NCBI GenBank assembly: GCA_964016885.1
Contig: OZ024741.1
Location: forward strand, 80,352,001-80,416,000
DNA from: Eledone cirrhosa
Lineage: Eukaryota
Reading direction: 5' to 3'
DNA: 64,000 nt
Positions 13,464 to 28,449 of the stretch are shown here, in pieces. Both the position numbers and the translations under genes were made by a program. The notes under the pieces are model-generated. The model was not told the origin of the DNA and made no database searches. It saw nothing but the letters and a program-made list of their open reading frames with translations. How positions within the stretch are numbered: position 1 is the stretch's first letter; each line of letters opens with the position of its first letter.

Positions 13464-13803
13464 ATCATCATCATCATCATCATTTTATGTCCGCTTTTCC
13501 CTGCTTGCAAGGGTGGGACGGGAACTGATTCTGGCTTGATTTCTACAGCTGGATGCCCTTCCTAACACCAACCTCATTTACAGTGAGTGCTGGGTGCTTT
13601 TTTGCCGTGGCACCTCCACGACCACTTTGCAGTGGAATGGTAGGGACCCCAGTCCTATCATCTCCTTTCTACAGCTGAGTAAACTGGAGCAATGTGAAAT
13701 AAAGTGTCTTGCTCAAGGAAACAACACATCACCCGGTCTGAGAATTGAACTCACAGCCTTTCGGTTGCAAGGCCAATGCTCTAACCACTAAGCCATGTGC
13801 CTC
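13464..13803 (-). mobile_element. tRNA-derived SINE with RTE-type 3' tail
   Basis: Reverse strand reads ggcacatggcttagtggttagagc (A box), gagttcaattct (B box), ccttgagcaagacacttt (CORE-like), then a (GAT)n tail. Homologous to 28516-28896. Confidence 0.85.
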
Positions 13804-14078
13804 CATGTTTATTGATATTCACCATATATTCGTAGTCAGCTGTTTAATGTTGTCACTATTAACTTAAATATTGATTTACAAGTAGTTTCTGAATTATTGA
13901 ATTACTGATGACTTCTAGTTTACTAGGTTAATAAATAAAATGATCTTGTAGATTTAGTTAGTGATTCTTTCACCACTATTTTAGCAAACATGGTGAAGGG
14001 TATGCTTTGATGAGAAGGTAAAAATAAGAAATAAGTATTTACTGAGTTAAGAGTTACACATGCACACACAAACACGTA

Positions 14079-14512
14079 CAGTAGAACCTTGCAGTACAAG
14101 TGCCCCATCGTACAAGTAATTTGCTGTACGAACCGAGGCTCGTGTGAATTTTTGTCTTGTTGTGCAAGTGGAAATCTGCAGTATGAGCAAGTTTCATACA
14201 AGCAACTGCTCGCACGCGCTCTTCCAACAAGCCCGCCTTCACTCACTCAGTTCACGTGTTTATCTCATTGTGGCAGTATCCCTATTGTGTTTTTCCCGAC
14301 TTTTTTTTTTTAGTTTTGTGCGGTTTTTGCTATTTTATAATAACTGCACCTTTTCTGTTATAAAGATTAATTTTTAGGTGGTTTTGTGGAGCTGGAACTG
14401 ATTATTTATATTTTAATTAATTTCAATAGGGAAAATTGATTTGTAAAACAAGTAAATCATAAAACGAGCTCGGTCATGGAACGAATTAAACTCGTACTGC
14501 GAGGTATCACTG
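14079..14512. mobile_element. Tigger/pogo-like non-autonomous DNA transposon (MITE)
   Basis: TIRs cagtagaaccttgcagtacaagt / actcgtactgcgaggtatcactg, flanked by TA at 14077-14078 and 14513-14514. Confidence 0.8.
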
Positions 14513-15606
14513 TACTTGATTTATAATTATCATCATCATCATCACAGTTTTACGTCCATTTTTCCATGCTAGCAATTGAAGGTATAATATATCATTAGGC
14601 CTCTTGCCCAGATACATCCCTGTTATGTCATCATCTACAGCTCTATTTGCTAACACCTGCTGCTATATTAACTGTCTCAACATGACTGAGTCAAGTCAGG
14701 TGAGTGGGATGCTTTTGCATTAGTCTGTATTCATTCCCCAATCATCTTTATCATGCCTTTTATCTTCCTCATTTTCTCTCTCACCTGTACCCACTGTCAT
14801 CCATTATCATTACCCAACTATTATCATTATCACTTCAACTCTCACCACTCCATTACACATTATTAATTATCACTCTAATTTAGCCCCAAGTTTATCCCAA
14901 TTGGAGCTGGTCAGTGACGAAAGTTATTCAAGCTGTTGTCATTGTGTCCCATCATATTTTCAAGAATAACGTACCCCAGATTGCTTTACCCAATGTTCCC
15001 TTTTGCATAATCTTATGGGGTGGTTTGAGGGAGATTTGGCTTCTGTTTCTACCAGATCAAACATCTGTATAGATACCTTTACCAGCTTGTCTTACATCAG
15101 TGTTTCTCAACCTTTTGTGTCCCACTTCCCACCCTAACTTAGACTGTCAATCACACCTATGTTATTAATTTATCTTTACAATAGTATAGCCTGTATAAGA
15201 TAACTTTATTTTAGTTTGTTGTAATTTATCATCATGTTTGTCTACACCCAGTTTCTGTCTATATGCTATGAATAATATTATCTGTAAATATTATCTGAAT
15301 AGTTAATTTTGTGTTAAAACTCTTACATACCGTATGTCCATGACGTTCCTAGCAATATCTGCTAATTCTCACTTACTCCAACCAGGCCTTCATTTAGCTG
15401 TAGTTGAGTCTTGTGAAAACAGTTAGATTTTAATGATACAGTATGAAGAACACATCACAAATGAGAGTTGCCAGGTGTTGGTACAATAAATTTATCTATA
15501 ATTCATGTTTATACAGGTATACTAAATGATAACTTTGGTCTAATCTATGCTGAAATATATATTATAATTTCTATATATGCTATATATTGATATCATTATG
15601 TAATGC

Positions 15607-15656
<50 letters not shown>

Positions 15657-16068
15657 TATATGACAAGGCATCGTTCCAGAATTTCCTCAGCTGTGATGGC
15701 TAAAACAAACTAAATAACTAAAGAGAATGTATATATTATATATAGGTGTATACATGACTGTGTGGTTAAAAGTTCACTTCATAACCACATGATTTTGGGG
15801 CATGAGCCCACTGTACAGAACCTTGGGCAAGTGTCTTCTACAACCTCTGGCTGACTGATGCCTTATAAGAAAAATTTGGTGGATGAAATTGCGAGGACGC
15901 CTGTGATATACAGTGTGGATATAATTTTACCTTCTTATAGCTTACTGTTAAAAAAGGAATTATTATCAATTTATGTAAGTTTATACCTGTTTGTAAGCAC
16001 ACCATTATCATGTTTTATTGTAATAAGTAAACTAATTATAGCTCAACCTATTGTGATATTTTGGGATT

Positions 16069-17070
16069 TACAAGGTACACTCAAGAGGTTTTGAGACTTT
16101 TATCAGAGAGACATTTATTTAACTCAGATCAACACAGAACTCTAGTCTCCCTCAAAGTAGGATCTTCAACTTCAGTGCACTTGTAGTCCTTCAAAGTGAA
16201 GGTGTCCAGGGTACTTGTCACAGTCTCATTCATCTCTTTCACATCCTTAAAGTAGATACCCCTGAGCTTCTCCATCAGCTTTGGGAACATCCAGAAGTCA
16301 TATGGGGCTAAGTCTTGACTGTATGGGGGATGAGGGACATGTCAGCCAAGTAGTTGGTCACCAGGATAGATTTGTGGCAGAGGTCATTGTCCTGGTGCAG
16401 GTGCCACTAACTAGTCTGGAAGAGTCCTGGTCTCTTGTGATGAAGTCTCTTTCTGAACTGCTCAAAACCTCTACATAGTACTCTTTGTTGACTGTCTGGC
16501 CATGGAGGATGCTGTGGATGTTGATGATGGCCTTGCTGTCGAAGAATGGCATCATCATGAGATTGCCTGGCCTTCTTGCGTCTTGAAGAGTCAGAATGTT
16601 TCCACTGGGCTTGGTCTCTTGGTCATAACAGTAGACTCAGCTCTCAACACAGGTTACCAGAGACTCAAGTAGACTTGGATTCAAAGTGACCCACTCGGGC
16701 ATCTCTCTGCTGTCATCAACGACGTGCCTCTACCTTTGATCTTCATTGGACACCCTGGGAACAAACTTTGCGCATGTTCAGATCATTTTAATTATTCTGT
16801 ACACAGTGCACTCAGCCACTTAAAATTGTTTAGCAATGATCAGAAGAGATGTACGACGGTCCACGTCCAGAAATTTACAAATTTTGGCGTCCTGATATCC
16901 CTCTTGTCCCTCACCTGCTCTCTGCCCTCCTGGAACCTCAAGTGCCAGCGGAAAACAGTTGCCCAGTTCATGAAAGTTAGTCTGTAAACAGTTTTGACCA
17001 TTTCATAGATTCCTGCAGTGTTTTTGACAAGCTTGATTCAAAATTTTATTGCATATCAAGCCTCCAAGTT
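16069..17070 (-). mobile_element. Decayed mariner transposase
   Basis: Reverse-strand fragments ATVFRWHLRFQEGRE, GQTVNKEYYVEVL, SPYDFWMFPKL (YSPDLAPxDFxLFPKLK type); several frameshifts. Confidence 0.8.
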
Positions 17071-17316
17071 ATCCTCACATTTTAGGCATGGAAACATTCT
17101 CGTGTGTAGATTAGCATCATAATTTATGCTTTCTACACATCAAAGAGACGATAAAAAATACAAAATATGTGGATGTTGGTTGGTTGTATTAGAGGTTTGC
17201 TTTGTTACTTTGAAATTGTATTAATTTTCTGGTGTCTTTAATTTCTTGAAAACACTTTTTTTTTTTACATTTATTCACAATTCGAAAACACTTATGTACA
17301 CACACATGTGTGCACA

Positions 17317-17700
17317 GCTAAGCTGAATTATCTCTATCAAATTTTTATAATTTAATATTTCATGTAATCTTTTTGTTAAATCTACTTTTAAGCTTATATT
17401 TTAAATCATGTCTTGAAATTTCTTAAATTTACTTCTGTAAGTGCTTTGCCATCACCAACCCCTTTCTTCATGCCTGTGCAGCCAAACAAATCTGCTCCCC
17501 ACTCCCCTCTTTCTTTATGCCAGGTCATATTTTGGATATACTACGGAACTCAGTTAAGCTGAATTATCTCTATCAAATTTTTATAATTTAATATTTCATG
17601 TAACCCTTTCAATAATTTTTATAATTTAATATTTCATATAATCCTTTTGTTAAATCTACATTTAGCTTATATTTTAAATCATGTCTTAAAATCTCTTAAA
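17317..17700. repeat. Local direct duplication of about 115 bp
   Basis: aagctgaattatctctatcaaatttttataatttaatatttcatgtaa...ttaaatcatgtctt occurs at about 17320-17425 and 17556-17700. Confidence 0.8.
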
Positions 17701-18024
17701 CATTTTCTCTCCCTCCCTTCCCCACTCATCACCCTAGTATAGTCCAATGAAAATACAGGAGAGCGACATCTTGGCAACCTAATTACATAACTTAGTCACC
17801 CAACATCCCTATGTGTAATATCACTCCATAACCTACACACCTGTACACCCCTTACAGGTAATATTTGCACCACCAACACATGCATCACTAACTCTTAACA
17901 CTGAGACCTGCACCACTAATACCCACAGTAGCACCAAATATCACTGGATTGTAAGTAATATTTATAATACACAGGGTCATGATGCAAACGCCCAGCTCTA
18001 AGTGACCATGCCTGACCTCTCCTG

Positions 18025-18270
18025 ATGCCATCCAGTTCATCACTGTAAATGTGGTTGTGGCTCCCAAACTATAGTTCCGCTGTGAGAAGAGTTCAGCACG
18101 GCCAGTTGGCCTGTCCCTCATAGCGGTGCCATCCAGTTCCACACAATAAATGTGGTTGCGGCTCCCAAGAAGGGTTCAGTGCAGCCAACTGGCCTGTCCC
18201 TCCTCATAGTGGTGCCATCCAGTTACCAGCTCCCAAAGTGTGGTCCCACTGTGTGAAGGGTTCGGCACTG
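18025..18270. repeat. Degenerate tandem repeat, 85-100 bp unit, about 2.5 copies
   Basis: Recurring gccatccagtt, gctcccaa, gttcagc/gttcagt and tggcctgtccctc blocks. Confidence 0.7.
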
Positions 18271-18959
18271 CTACACACACACACATATATATATAAAATT
18301 GTCCCACTGAGTGATCATAGAGCCACATGATTGTTATATATTATTCTCTTTTGATATATAATATATATATGTGGGTAGGTAGGCATTAAATAACAAGCAT
18401 TATATACACTGATAGCTATTGAGTGATATTTTAATTATTGAATGATGCAGTTCAGCATGGTATGTCATCAGTTTCCATGGCAATAATCATCTATTTACAA
18501 CAACAATGGCCTTTAATATGTTTGCATGTCTTAGCTTCAGTAAAATGGATGATTCTGTCTCCAATTGAAATTTATTGTTAAAATATAATTATTGCTACAT
18601 GAATAATTTCAAATGTGAAAATGTCATTTTCTAATTGTGTGTGTTTCTTTTTATTTGCATGATGGATTTAATATATTTCATAAAGATGAAGAAATCTAAG
18701 AAATTTGTTTTATATTCTTTTACTCCTTTTCTGTCATTGGACTGCAGCCATGTAGTTATTGTCAATTATCTCAATCCCATTTTTAAGCTGGTACATTGAT
18801 ATTTACGTAGATTTGGCTGTTATTTCTACCAGATTAAACAACGATCTTTAGCTCATTATCTACAGTGTTGTCAACTGAAATAATAGAACCCTGATTGAAT
18901 TTTGTTTAACAACACTTATTTTTAATCATTTCCGTGATCAACTTTTTCTCATTAAGTAT

Positions 18960-18961
<2 letters not shown>

Positions 18962-19034
<73 letters not shown>
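18962..19034. repeat. (CT)n microsatellite
   Basis: Perfect dinucleotide run. Confidence 0.95.
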
Positions 19035-19037
<3 letters not shown>

Positions 19038-20059
19038 GTTCCATTTATTGCAAAATTGTAATTAATAATAATAATTAAGAAAAAATTATCTGTTAATCAA
19101 TCATTTTGATTCTTGATGATCAACTGTGTTTATAATTTTTAAAAAAAGTGGTTACTAATTACTGTTCTACCTTGCCCAGTTTGAAATATTGTTTAGTAGG
19201 TAGTGAGATTGTTAAATGGAGTAGGGAATACTGTAGTAACAGTAGAAGAAACAAAGAGAGGGCATATCATGTCTGTATGCCAGTGGTTAAAATATGTTGG
19301 AAAGTAAAGCTTTGCTAATCAATCAAATGGCCCTAATTTTATTTTTAAATATCTAAAATATCAGATGGAGGGGAAAATGCACAGCATTAACAAGTGGTTC
19401 TCTATATAGACACTAAATTTGCTAGAAATGACAGTGAAATATAACTCGTATTATACCATATCATCTGGGGGTGGGGGAGACATTGCTTGGGTCATTCTTT
19501 TGGTAGCAAACAACCAAAATTGACTCTGGTTTTATGAAACAGAACCACCAATTTTGAAAGATTCCTATTTAAATTAAAATCTTCCAGCATAATTTTATAT
19601 ATGAACCACATATTAAGTTACTGTTAGTAATGAAATGATAAATTTTGTAAATCCTTCAAAATTCTTCATCAATTAATTAAAATAGAATGTTTGCCTGAGA
19701 ATTATGTTCGCAAAAGAGATTTTTTTAAAAATGAGCATTCATTGTTAGAATGTTTTTGATGATATGTCTGCTTGATGAGTATTGATGTGTGGCTAAATGA
19801 CAACAGCTCTTCACTTCTGTGCCCAGGCCACAAAGGGAACATGCCTACGATTTTTGAGGGAAAACGAGGTGCAAGGATAAAATGCCATAAAATAATCCAA
19901 ATTATATATGATATTCATGATTCTCATTGTAGCTTTACTTTAGAAAAAATATTTCAATCTTTTCTTTTTTTTATGTTGTGAAAAATGAGAAGTATAAGAA
20001 AATTATTTAGATCTCACACTGTCTTTTTACTTAAGTAATTATTGTTAAGCCATCAACCA

Positions 20060-20452
20060 TTACCAACTGACTTGGTAAACACCCACAAAATTATTAACCA
20101 TCTTGCCAACAACAACCCTGAGTACCTTTTTGATTTCCATGTGTCTAACACACGTGGGCATGCCAACAAAGTCAGAAAACAGCACAGCTCCCATGACTTT
20201 TTGAAACATTTTTTCACGCTCAGAGTTGCTGAAGCATGGAACAAACTACCTGCATCAGTTATTAGCTGTCGAGACACTGCATCCTTTAAAACCTCCATGC
20301 TTCCTGAGATTCACCAACACTACACCTAATATTCCCTCTCCATACACTTCCCTGACATTTGTATATTATTATATGTACTATACATGCACCTTTGATGAGT
20401 TGTAGTGCACCTGAGCACTGTACACAATAATTTCATTATTATCATTATTATT
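20060..20452 (+). mobile_element. CR1-type LINE 3' fragment
   Basis: NTRGHANKV...HFFTLRVAEAWNKLP, followed by 3'UTR and (ATT)n tail; same family as 33842-35055. Confidence 0.85.
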
Positions 20453-22301
20453 ATACAAACATGTGTTTTTGGCATATAGATATTTAAATTTTTAATTAGT
20501 AGACTTTTGCCATTTTATTTTGGAAATGAAAAGTTTTGCCATTTCATTTTGGAAATGAAAAGTGATCAGAGCCTGATGAATTGTTAAGTAACAGCAAAAC
20601 AGATTGCTTCAATCCTCTTCTCAATGGGGGTGGGGTGCTTCATGTGTCTATTTTCACTGTTGGAATAGATACATGACTAGAGTCCTCTCAATCCTATGTT
20701 ATCTCTATTTGTTCCTTTCTTGGAAGAGAGACAGAATAAGTGATGGGAGTGATAGAAAAAAGTAACCCAGAGTATAGAAGGTTGGGAGTGATGCAAGGAA
20801 GTTTGATGTTACAGATTTGAACCTGCGATTAAATTTGTATAACACATTGAGAAATATTCACTTGTGTCTGTGTGAAAAATATGACTACTCCAGTTTTTCA
20901 TTTTTTATTGTATATTTTCCATACACTTTTGACATGAGTCCCAACATATGTTGCTAAAGATTTATGAATGATTGAATAAGTTGTCAACACTGATCTCATT
21001 GATTGTCATCAAACCTGAAGGATATCAAAGATATAATTGAGAATGTACATACATTATTGGGGTGTGATGATGAAATAAAAACGATCGTACTTTAGTTATT
21101 GAATGTAAAGATTCAAATTAGAAGTAATCATTGAATAGGTAGTGATGGAGACTTTTTTGTGTTCTTGGTCCTCGTACTATCTCTTTACTCACTGCTACTG
21201 AAGTGGGGTGAACCCTGCTAGTTAGAATGGCTATTTAAGTGAATCTCTCTTACTATGCTTCAAGGTAACGTTTTCTCTATTCTGTCCACTGGGACTACTA
21301 GACAGCTTCAGCCTGGCGTTATGCAAACCAGGTGTTTTCTGACACTGTCCTAGCATTAGGACTGTGGTATAGACTGCTGATATCTACATCTGTTCCCTGA
21401 TAGGATGTTAGCCGAAGGAGTACAAAATCAATAAAGATAATATAATTGAAGTAATTAAATTGGATATGACAGAGACTTAAAACTAACATTTTTGAGAAAA
21501 TGCTGCAGATTACTAAAGTAGTTAGTGTGTCACGTTATTTCAAAACATCCATTGTGATATATATATAATTATAAATGTGAGGAAAGAATAGACAAAAATA
21601 TACCTATTTTTTCTTCAAAGTCGCGTATGTATCTGTGTGTGTATCTTATTACTATATATATATATATAAATGTGTGATTATAGTGTAGTACTTCACTATT
21701 TTCTTTGGTAAGATAAGAGAAGCTCAATGCACATTACAGTGTTCAGTTTTTCCGGAGTACAAATTGGACGATTAAGTTATCAACAGTTAAAATATCCTGT
21801 TGTTAAGGGCTGTTCATGTCACAGAACATTTAAAATTCAAAATTATAAAAAAAAGTCAAGGATATGAAGTTAATATTAATTCTTTCATTCATACACACGT
21901 TTAAATACGGCTAAAATATCACACCCATTTGCAGAACAACCGGAAATTATCAGTTAACAATTATCTACATCATAGGTGCTATATCCCAACTATATCTTCA
22001 GGAAATCTTTTCAGAACAAAAAATAACATATTTTAAGAATTGCTTCATACAGAAAAGCGTTTACAATCCTTTAGATAAATAAACAATAGATTAACTAATT
22101 CATTGCAATCTAACAAATGTTTTTGAAAAAAACACAAATAAACTTATAACCTTGCATGGTTTTTTTTTTAAAATTCCTTCTGCTTAATATGCATATAAAT
22201 TTTGCCTGCTTAAACATTGAATGCATTTTGACTTTTCGTTAACTTGATATTGCCTTATTCGATTCTTAATAATTTCCAGTTGTTTTGCAAAGGGGTGTGA
22301 T

Positions 22302-22692
22302 CATCATCACCGTTTTACGTCCGTTCTTCCACGCTAGCATGGGTTAGACGGGTTGTCCTGTTGTGGGCAGTGTCTGGTCGGCTGACCATGCCTTGCTCAT
22401 ACAGGAACTGATCTGGCTTGATTTCTACAGCTGGATGCCCTTCCTAACACCAACCTCATTTACAGTGAGTGCTGGGTGCTTTTTCGTGGCGCCTACACGT
22501 CCACTTTACAGTGTGGGCTGGGTGCTTTTTTGCCGTGGCACCTCCACGACCACCTTGCGGTGGGGGGGGGGGCATATTGTTTATATGCTTCAGCATGTAC
22601 CCATGGGAGGTCGGGTACCCTGTATTACTGCGTGACGCCAGAAGTCACGGTCGTGTGTCATTGACTTTGAGAGGTGTAATTGGGTAAGGTCG
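22302..22692 (-). mobile_element. RTE LINE 3' end, near-identical to 26131-26528
   Basis: About 390 bp almost identical to the 26.1 kb copy; (GAT)n tail. Confidence 0.85.
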
Positions 22693-22724
22693 GTAGCCAT
22701 TTTGAAACTTGCATAGAAACGACT

Positions 22725-22920
22725 TAATAAATAATTGTTTCTACTTTTGGCACAAGGCCAGCAAATTCCCCAGTGCATTACTGGTACTTTATTTTAATTT
22801 TATCGACCCCATAAGAATGAAAGGCAAAGTTAACCTCGGCGGGATTTGAACTCAGAATGGCAAGGGCCGTAACTTTATGCGTCAAAGCATGGCGTCCGAC
22901 TCTCTACCGATACTGCCAAT
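22725..22920 (-). mobile_element. Nin-domain-type tRNA SINE (young copy)
   Basis: Reverse complement of ttggcagtatcggtagag...ctgagttcaaatcccgccgaggttaactttgcctttcat...ggggtcgataaaa...gtaccag; very similar to 42018-42197. Confidence 0.8.
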
Positions 22921-25283
22921 TTCATATCCTTGACTTTTTTATAAATTTGAATATATATACATATATAGATATATATTAAGAAAGTATTTACATTCTCAAT
23001 TATATCTTTGATATGATGGGACCAGTATTCGTCAGTTGCCTCAGATAAAGTCCTGCAAATCATATTTATGTGCTATAAAATCCTGCTGTTTACTGGGGGT
23101 TGAACAAACATGGTAATCCTTTTCAATTTTCATGAGAAAACAATAATTTAAACCTTCATTCAACAAGCTGTGCTTACCAACTTAAGGTGAGTGCGTGGTA
23201 TCTTCATCTTAGGGGCAAGGCAAAAAATAATGTATTTTTTGTTTCTATGGTCTATGGGAGGCTACTCTTGAATATTTAAAAAATACATTACTCCCCTTGT
23301 ACAAATAAAACCATGCAATTTTTACTGGAATATTTAAAAAAAAATAGAACGCAAGGTGTGGTGGAAGAATGCATAAAGTAATTTATTTTGGATTAATTAT
23401 TGATCAATAACGATCAATGGAAATTCAGGAAAATCTTTTTTTAAGAATTATTTTTAATTAAATATTGTATGATAGTTTATTTTGTGTAATTTTTTGTTTC
23501 TAAACTCTATTATATTTCAGAAACAGTTTATGCAAGTTATTAGTGAGTGGACTTGGTTTTTGTACGTTAAAATAATTAATTCGGACATTGGATTAATTAA
23601 AATATTTAAAGGAGATGAATTTCATGCAATAGCATAATATCAAAGATCAAAGATTTTCCAGTTCTGATCAACCCCCAGTTGTAATTGTTTAGGGTACCAA
23701 ACCACCTGCAACTGCCACTGGTTCTACAATACAATGCTGAATTAACATGTTTATATTTATCTAAAACCCTCATCATAATTTTAAGGCAGAACCCTGAAGT
23801 TATACTCCAAACACCAACTTAATAAGGAAAAAGTTATATTACCAAATCTCTCTAAATTTTTGATTATTTAAAAATTTATTTTGAAATAATAGGCAGTCTT
23901 TCAATGATTTGAAAGAATTTTGTTTAATATTTCTAATAAGTCGGGTGACTAAATAATCTTTCTCACCTTTTGTAAGTAGATATTATATTTATTTAATATT
24001 GTATTTTTGAACAGCAGTGTCATTAGGCACAGGTTTTATACAGACCAAATGCAGTATGACTACATTTACTGTGAAAAGTGTCAAAGGAATGTTTGTGCAA
24101 CAATACCACCAGATCTATACTGTTACTTGTACAAGCCTATTGCATCTGTTTTATTTAAAGACATTTTTTAAATAAAACATTCGCCAATATATATATACAT
24201 AAGCCTTTTAAAACCTTTTTTTTCTTTGTTGCCAAATTGGAATTTTAAGATTTTCTGTCGTTTCTCTTGGTTTGAACAACTAAATAGCGCTGATTTGTTG
24301 TCTCATATAGTGGTGAAAATAAAAGTTTGATCCCACTAGTCTCATACAGAAAGTAATAAGTGACCTAGGTACTACCACTCATGAATGTTTAAAGCTTAAT
24401 TGAATATTTCATTTGTTCCAGAAAGATTCTCTTTGCTGTTGTCTCAAACTTTGAATTAAGCATTCAAAACTAAAGTATTTAATGGGTGTGTAGAAGCAAA
24501 ATTAGTTGTCGTGTACCCTGTTTCTTGTTCCAATGGTATTAGTAGCATAAATGAAGGGAAATAGAAGTTGAAACCAGAAAAGAGACTTCTCAGAATTGAC
24601 CTGGTGGTATTATATGGTTCACTCTGCCTCTCTGATTTTCCTTGGTAGACTGAATTCTGAAACTTACTCAATATAGATAACTCAACATTTGTTGTGAGCT
24701 AGTTATCTCCCTGGATTTCTATTTTAATTAATTTATGTATTATATATTCTTCCCTCTCTGCCTCACTGCCTTTGTTTGTCAGTGTAGAATAAACGAGTTG
24801 GTTTCAAACTATGTTCCCTCCAGTACTTTACTGGTCCTGTTTTAATTGACCCTTTAAGGATGAAAGTTGACCTCAGAAGGATTATAACTCACGACATATA
24901 GGGCCGGATCAAATATTATTAAGCATTTTATCTGATTCTCTACAGGTTCTGTCAATTTATAATGTTTCTAACACATGGCTAGACATTTTTGGAGAAAGGG
25001 ATCAATTGATTAAACCAACCTTAATGTTTGACTGGCACCATCTTATAGAAACAGGAAAGGTCGTTCTATGTTGACTATGGCGGTATTTGAAGTCAGGATA
25101 TTAAGAACCAGAACAAATTGTAATAAGGACCAATAAAATAAACATCATATTGCAATGTTTTCCGTTATCTCATAAAACATTACAGAACATAATATTAACA
25201 AACTGTTTGAAACAATTTGTATGTATGTATGTATATGTATATATATATACATTCATACGTATACATAGATGTGTGTGTGTATG

Positions 25284-25344
<61 letters not shown>

Positions 25345-25355
25345 ACATACACATA

Positions 25356-25845
25356 CAGGGTAAGTGAACAGAAACTTCCTATTTAAAATTGTTAATAACT
25401 TTATAAATTATTGGTCGATTTTCGTAAAGCCTGTATAATTTTGAATAGTATTATAGAAGTAATGTAGTGTTAAAATTCTACATAGGTACCAGTGTTTATA
25501 ATCATCTGGGTATATCCTTGACCTACTTCATCAGGAACTCAGGCGGTATGTTGGTCAGTAATCAACGAGTTTGTTCCAATTAAGTCAGAGCTTCTGGTTT
25601 TGGGCTATAAACTTCTTCCTTCACTCACACCCACAGGAAAAAATCACAGTGCATTAAGTCAAGGGTTCTTACTGGTTATTCATATGAACCTCAACGTCCT
25701 GGAAATTGGATATGAAAAGCCACTTGCAGGCAGTGCTTGCAAAAATGAAGAGAGGGCCCCAACTTGCATGAATATGAGGCCATTGATGTTGTTCTAAGTG
25801 GTCACAGTAGGCATAAACATCTTCAATTTCTTTCCACCCACTCTG
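25356..25845 (-). mobile_element. Tc1/mariner-superfamily (rosa/maT-like) transposon, 3' remnant
   Basis: Reverse strand reads RTLDLMHCDFFLWV*VKEEVYSPKP (SPDLxPCDFFLWGxxK motif); terminal TA-cagggt at 25354-25361. Confidence 0.7.
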
Positions 25846-26130
25846 TATACATGTTTATATATATGTGTATATATATATATATGTATATACACAATTCAAT
25901 CAATGATACACAGAACGATTGGTACACCTGGACTTTTCACATAGGCCCACACAATGCTCTACTTGCCGGTCGTCCTCACGCATTCTAAAAGCCTCTTCCC
26001 TTTATTCTTTTTTTTCAACCTTCCAACCTTCTCTCTTTCTCCCAACTTCGCTCTCTCTTGATTGACTAAAGTTTGATACAGTGAAACTAATATGTATGTG
26101 TGTGTGTATATATATGTGTGTGTGTGTGTG

Positions 26131-26980
26131 TCATCATCACCGTTTTACGTCCGTTCTTCCACGCTAGCATGGGTTAGACGGGTTGTCCTGTTGTGGGCAG
26201 TGTCTGGTCGGCTGACCATGCCTTGCTCATACAGGAACTGATCTGGCTTGATTTCTACAGCTGGATGCCCTTCCTAACACCAACCTCATTTACAGTGAGT
26301 GCTGGGTGCTTTTTCGTGGTGCCTACACGTCCACTTTACAGTGTGGGCTGGGTGCTTTTTTGCCGTGGCACCTCCACGACCACCTTGCGGTGGGGGTGGG
26401 GGGGGGGCATATCGTTTATATGCTTCAGCATGTACCCATGGGAGGTCGGGTACCCTGTATTACTGCGTGACGCCAGAAGTCACGGTCGTGTGTCATTGAC
26501 TTTGAGAGGTGTAGTTGGGTAAGGTCGGCTTTTATCACCTCATCCCAAGTCATCTTGGGTCTCCCCACTCCGCGGTTTCCATCAACTTCTAGTGCTCTGC
26601 ACCTTTTTATGCAGCTGTCATCCTTCATACGCATCACATGTCCATACCAGCGTAACCGCCTCTCCTGCACGCAGCATTTGATTCCTCTTATGCTCAGTCT
26701 CTCTCTCAATTCATTTATGCTTTGTCGTTCACGTATATTACTGTTACACATCCATCGGAGCATGCAGGCTTCGTTTCTCTCTAATCTACGTAAGTCTTCC
26801 ACCTTCAGCGCCCAGGTCTCACTACCATGCAACATCGCTGTTCGGATACACGCATCATACAGTCTGCCTTTCATTCTGAGGGAGAAGCCTTTTGCAGCTA
26901 GCAGTGGTAGTAGTTCCCTAAACTTCTTCCATCCCGTTCTTACCCTAGTTATTGTACTTTCTGAGCACCCACCTCCGTTG
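26131..26980 (-). mobile_element. RTE LINE 3' portion
   Basis: ORF 26425-26874: MLHGSETW, RLRWYGHVMRM, GRPKMTW; 3'UTR and (GAT)n tail. Confidence 0.9.
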
Positions 26981-27069
26981 CTATGTGTGTGTATATATAT
27001 ATGTGTGTGTGTGTGTATGTATATACATGTATGTATATATATGTGTGTGTGTGTGTATGTATATAGATG

Positions 27070-27620
27070 TCATCATCATCATCGTTTAACGTCCATATTC
27101 CACGCTTGCATGGGTTTGGACGGGAGTTTTCCCACTTGAGGCAAGAGTGGTTGTCCTACTCGCATAGGACTGTCTGGCGGGTTTTCTACGGCTGGATGCC
27201 CTTCCTAACACCAACCACGTTTACAGTGTGGGTCTGGGAGGTTTTTACCGTGTTACCCACACGGTCACATTACAGCGTGGACTGTGTTTTTTTGTCGTGA
27301 CACCTACACAACCTGATTTGTTTCGGGCTGGATGTTGTGGTACCAACATAACTTTACATCGAAAGGGGTGGTGTGGATGGAGTGGGGGTAGTGGGACGGG
27401 GGTGTATTTTGTTAGAGGTGTCTAATGACTGTAGTAAGTTTTACTTTGTATTTAGGTAAGGCGGGTCTTCTCTATTTCTGTGTAGCGCCAAAGATCTCGG
27501 TCCAGTGACATTGTCTTGGAGAGGTGTAAGTGCGTGAAGTCGGAATTTATCAAGTCGTCCCAGGTTTTTCTGGGTCTGCCTACTCCGTGGCTACCGTCTA
27601 TTTTTATTGCCCTGCACTTG
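27070..27620 (-). mobile_element. RTE LINE 3' end (second subfamily), same as 57700-58478
   Basis: [19 protein letters not shown] plus a long 3'UTR shared with the 57.7 kb copy. Confidence 0.85.
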
Positions 27621-28160
27621 TATGTATGTATGTATATATATGTGTGTGTGTATGTATATACATGTATGTATATATATGTGTGTGTGTATGTATATACATG
27701 TATGTATATGTGTGTGTGTATGTATATATATGTGTGTATGTATATACATGTATGTATATATATGTATGCATGTATATGTATGCATGTATATGTATGCATG
27801 TATATGTATATATATGTATGTATATGTATGTATGTATATGTATGTATGTATATATATGTATGTATATATGTGTATGTATGTATATGTATGTATGTATATG
27901 TATGTATATATATGTATGCATGTATATGTATATATATGTATGCATGTATATGTATATATATGTATGCATGTATATGTATATATATGTATGTAAGTATGTA
28001 TATATATATATATATATATTTATTTATATATATGTATGTAAGTATGTATATATATATATATATTTGTAAGTATGTATATATATATATATATTTATATGTA
28101 TGTATGGATATGTATGTATATGTATGTATGTATATGTATATATATATATGTGTATGTATG

Positions 28161-28211
<51 letters not shown>

Positions 28212-28254
28212 ATGTGTATGTATGTATATATATATATATATATGTGTATGTATG

Positions 28255-28287
<33 letters not shown>

Positions 28288-28318
28288 GGATATGTATGTA
28301 TGGATATGTATGTATATA

Positions 28319-28352
<34 letters not shown>

Positions 28353-28404
28353 GATATGTATGTATGGATATGTATGTATATATATATGTGTGTATGTATG
28401 TATG

Positions 28405-28449
<45 letters not shown>

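Noticed and set aside
21200-21270. Possible exon ending at CAAG|gtaacg
   Set aside because: Nearby acceptors give stops in the phase-2 frame required by the gene; no homology support.
22363-26522. Duplicated ORF MGSVWSADHALLIQELIW at 22363 and 26193
   Set aside because: Antisense reading of two copies of an RTE 3'UTR, not a gene duplication.
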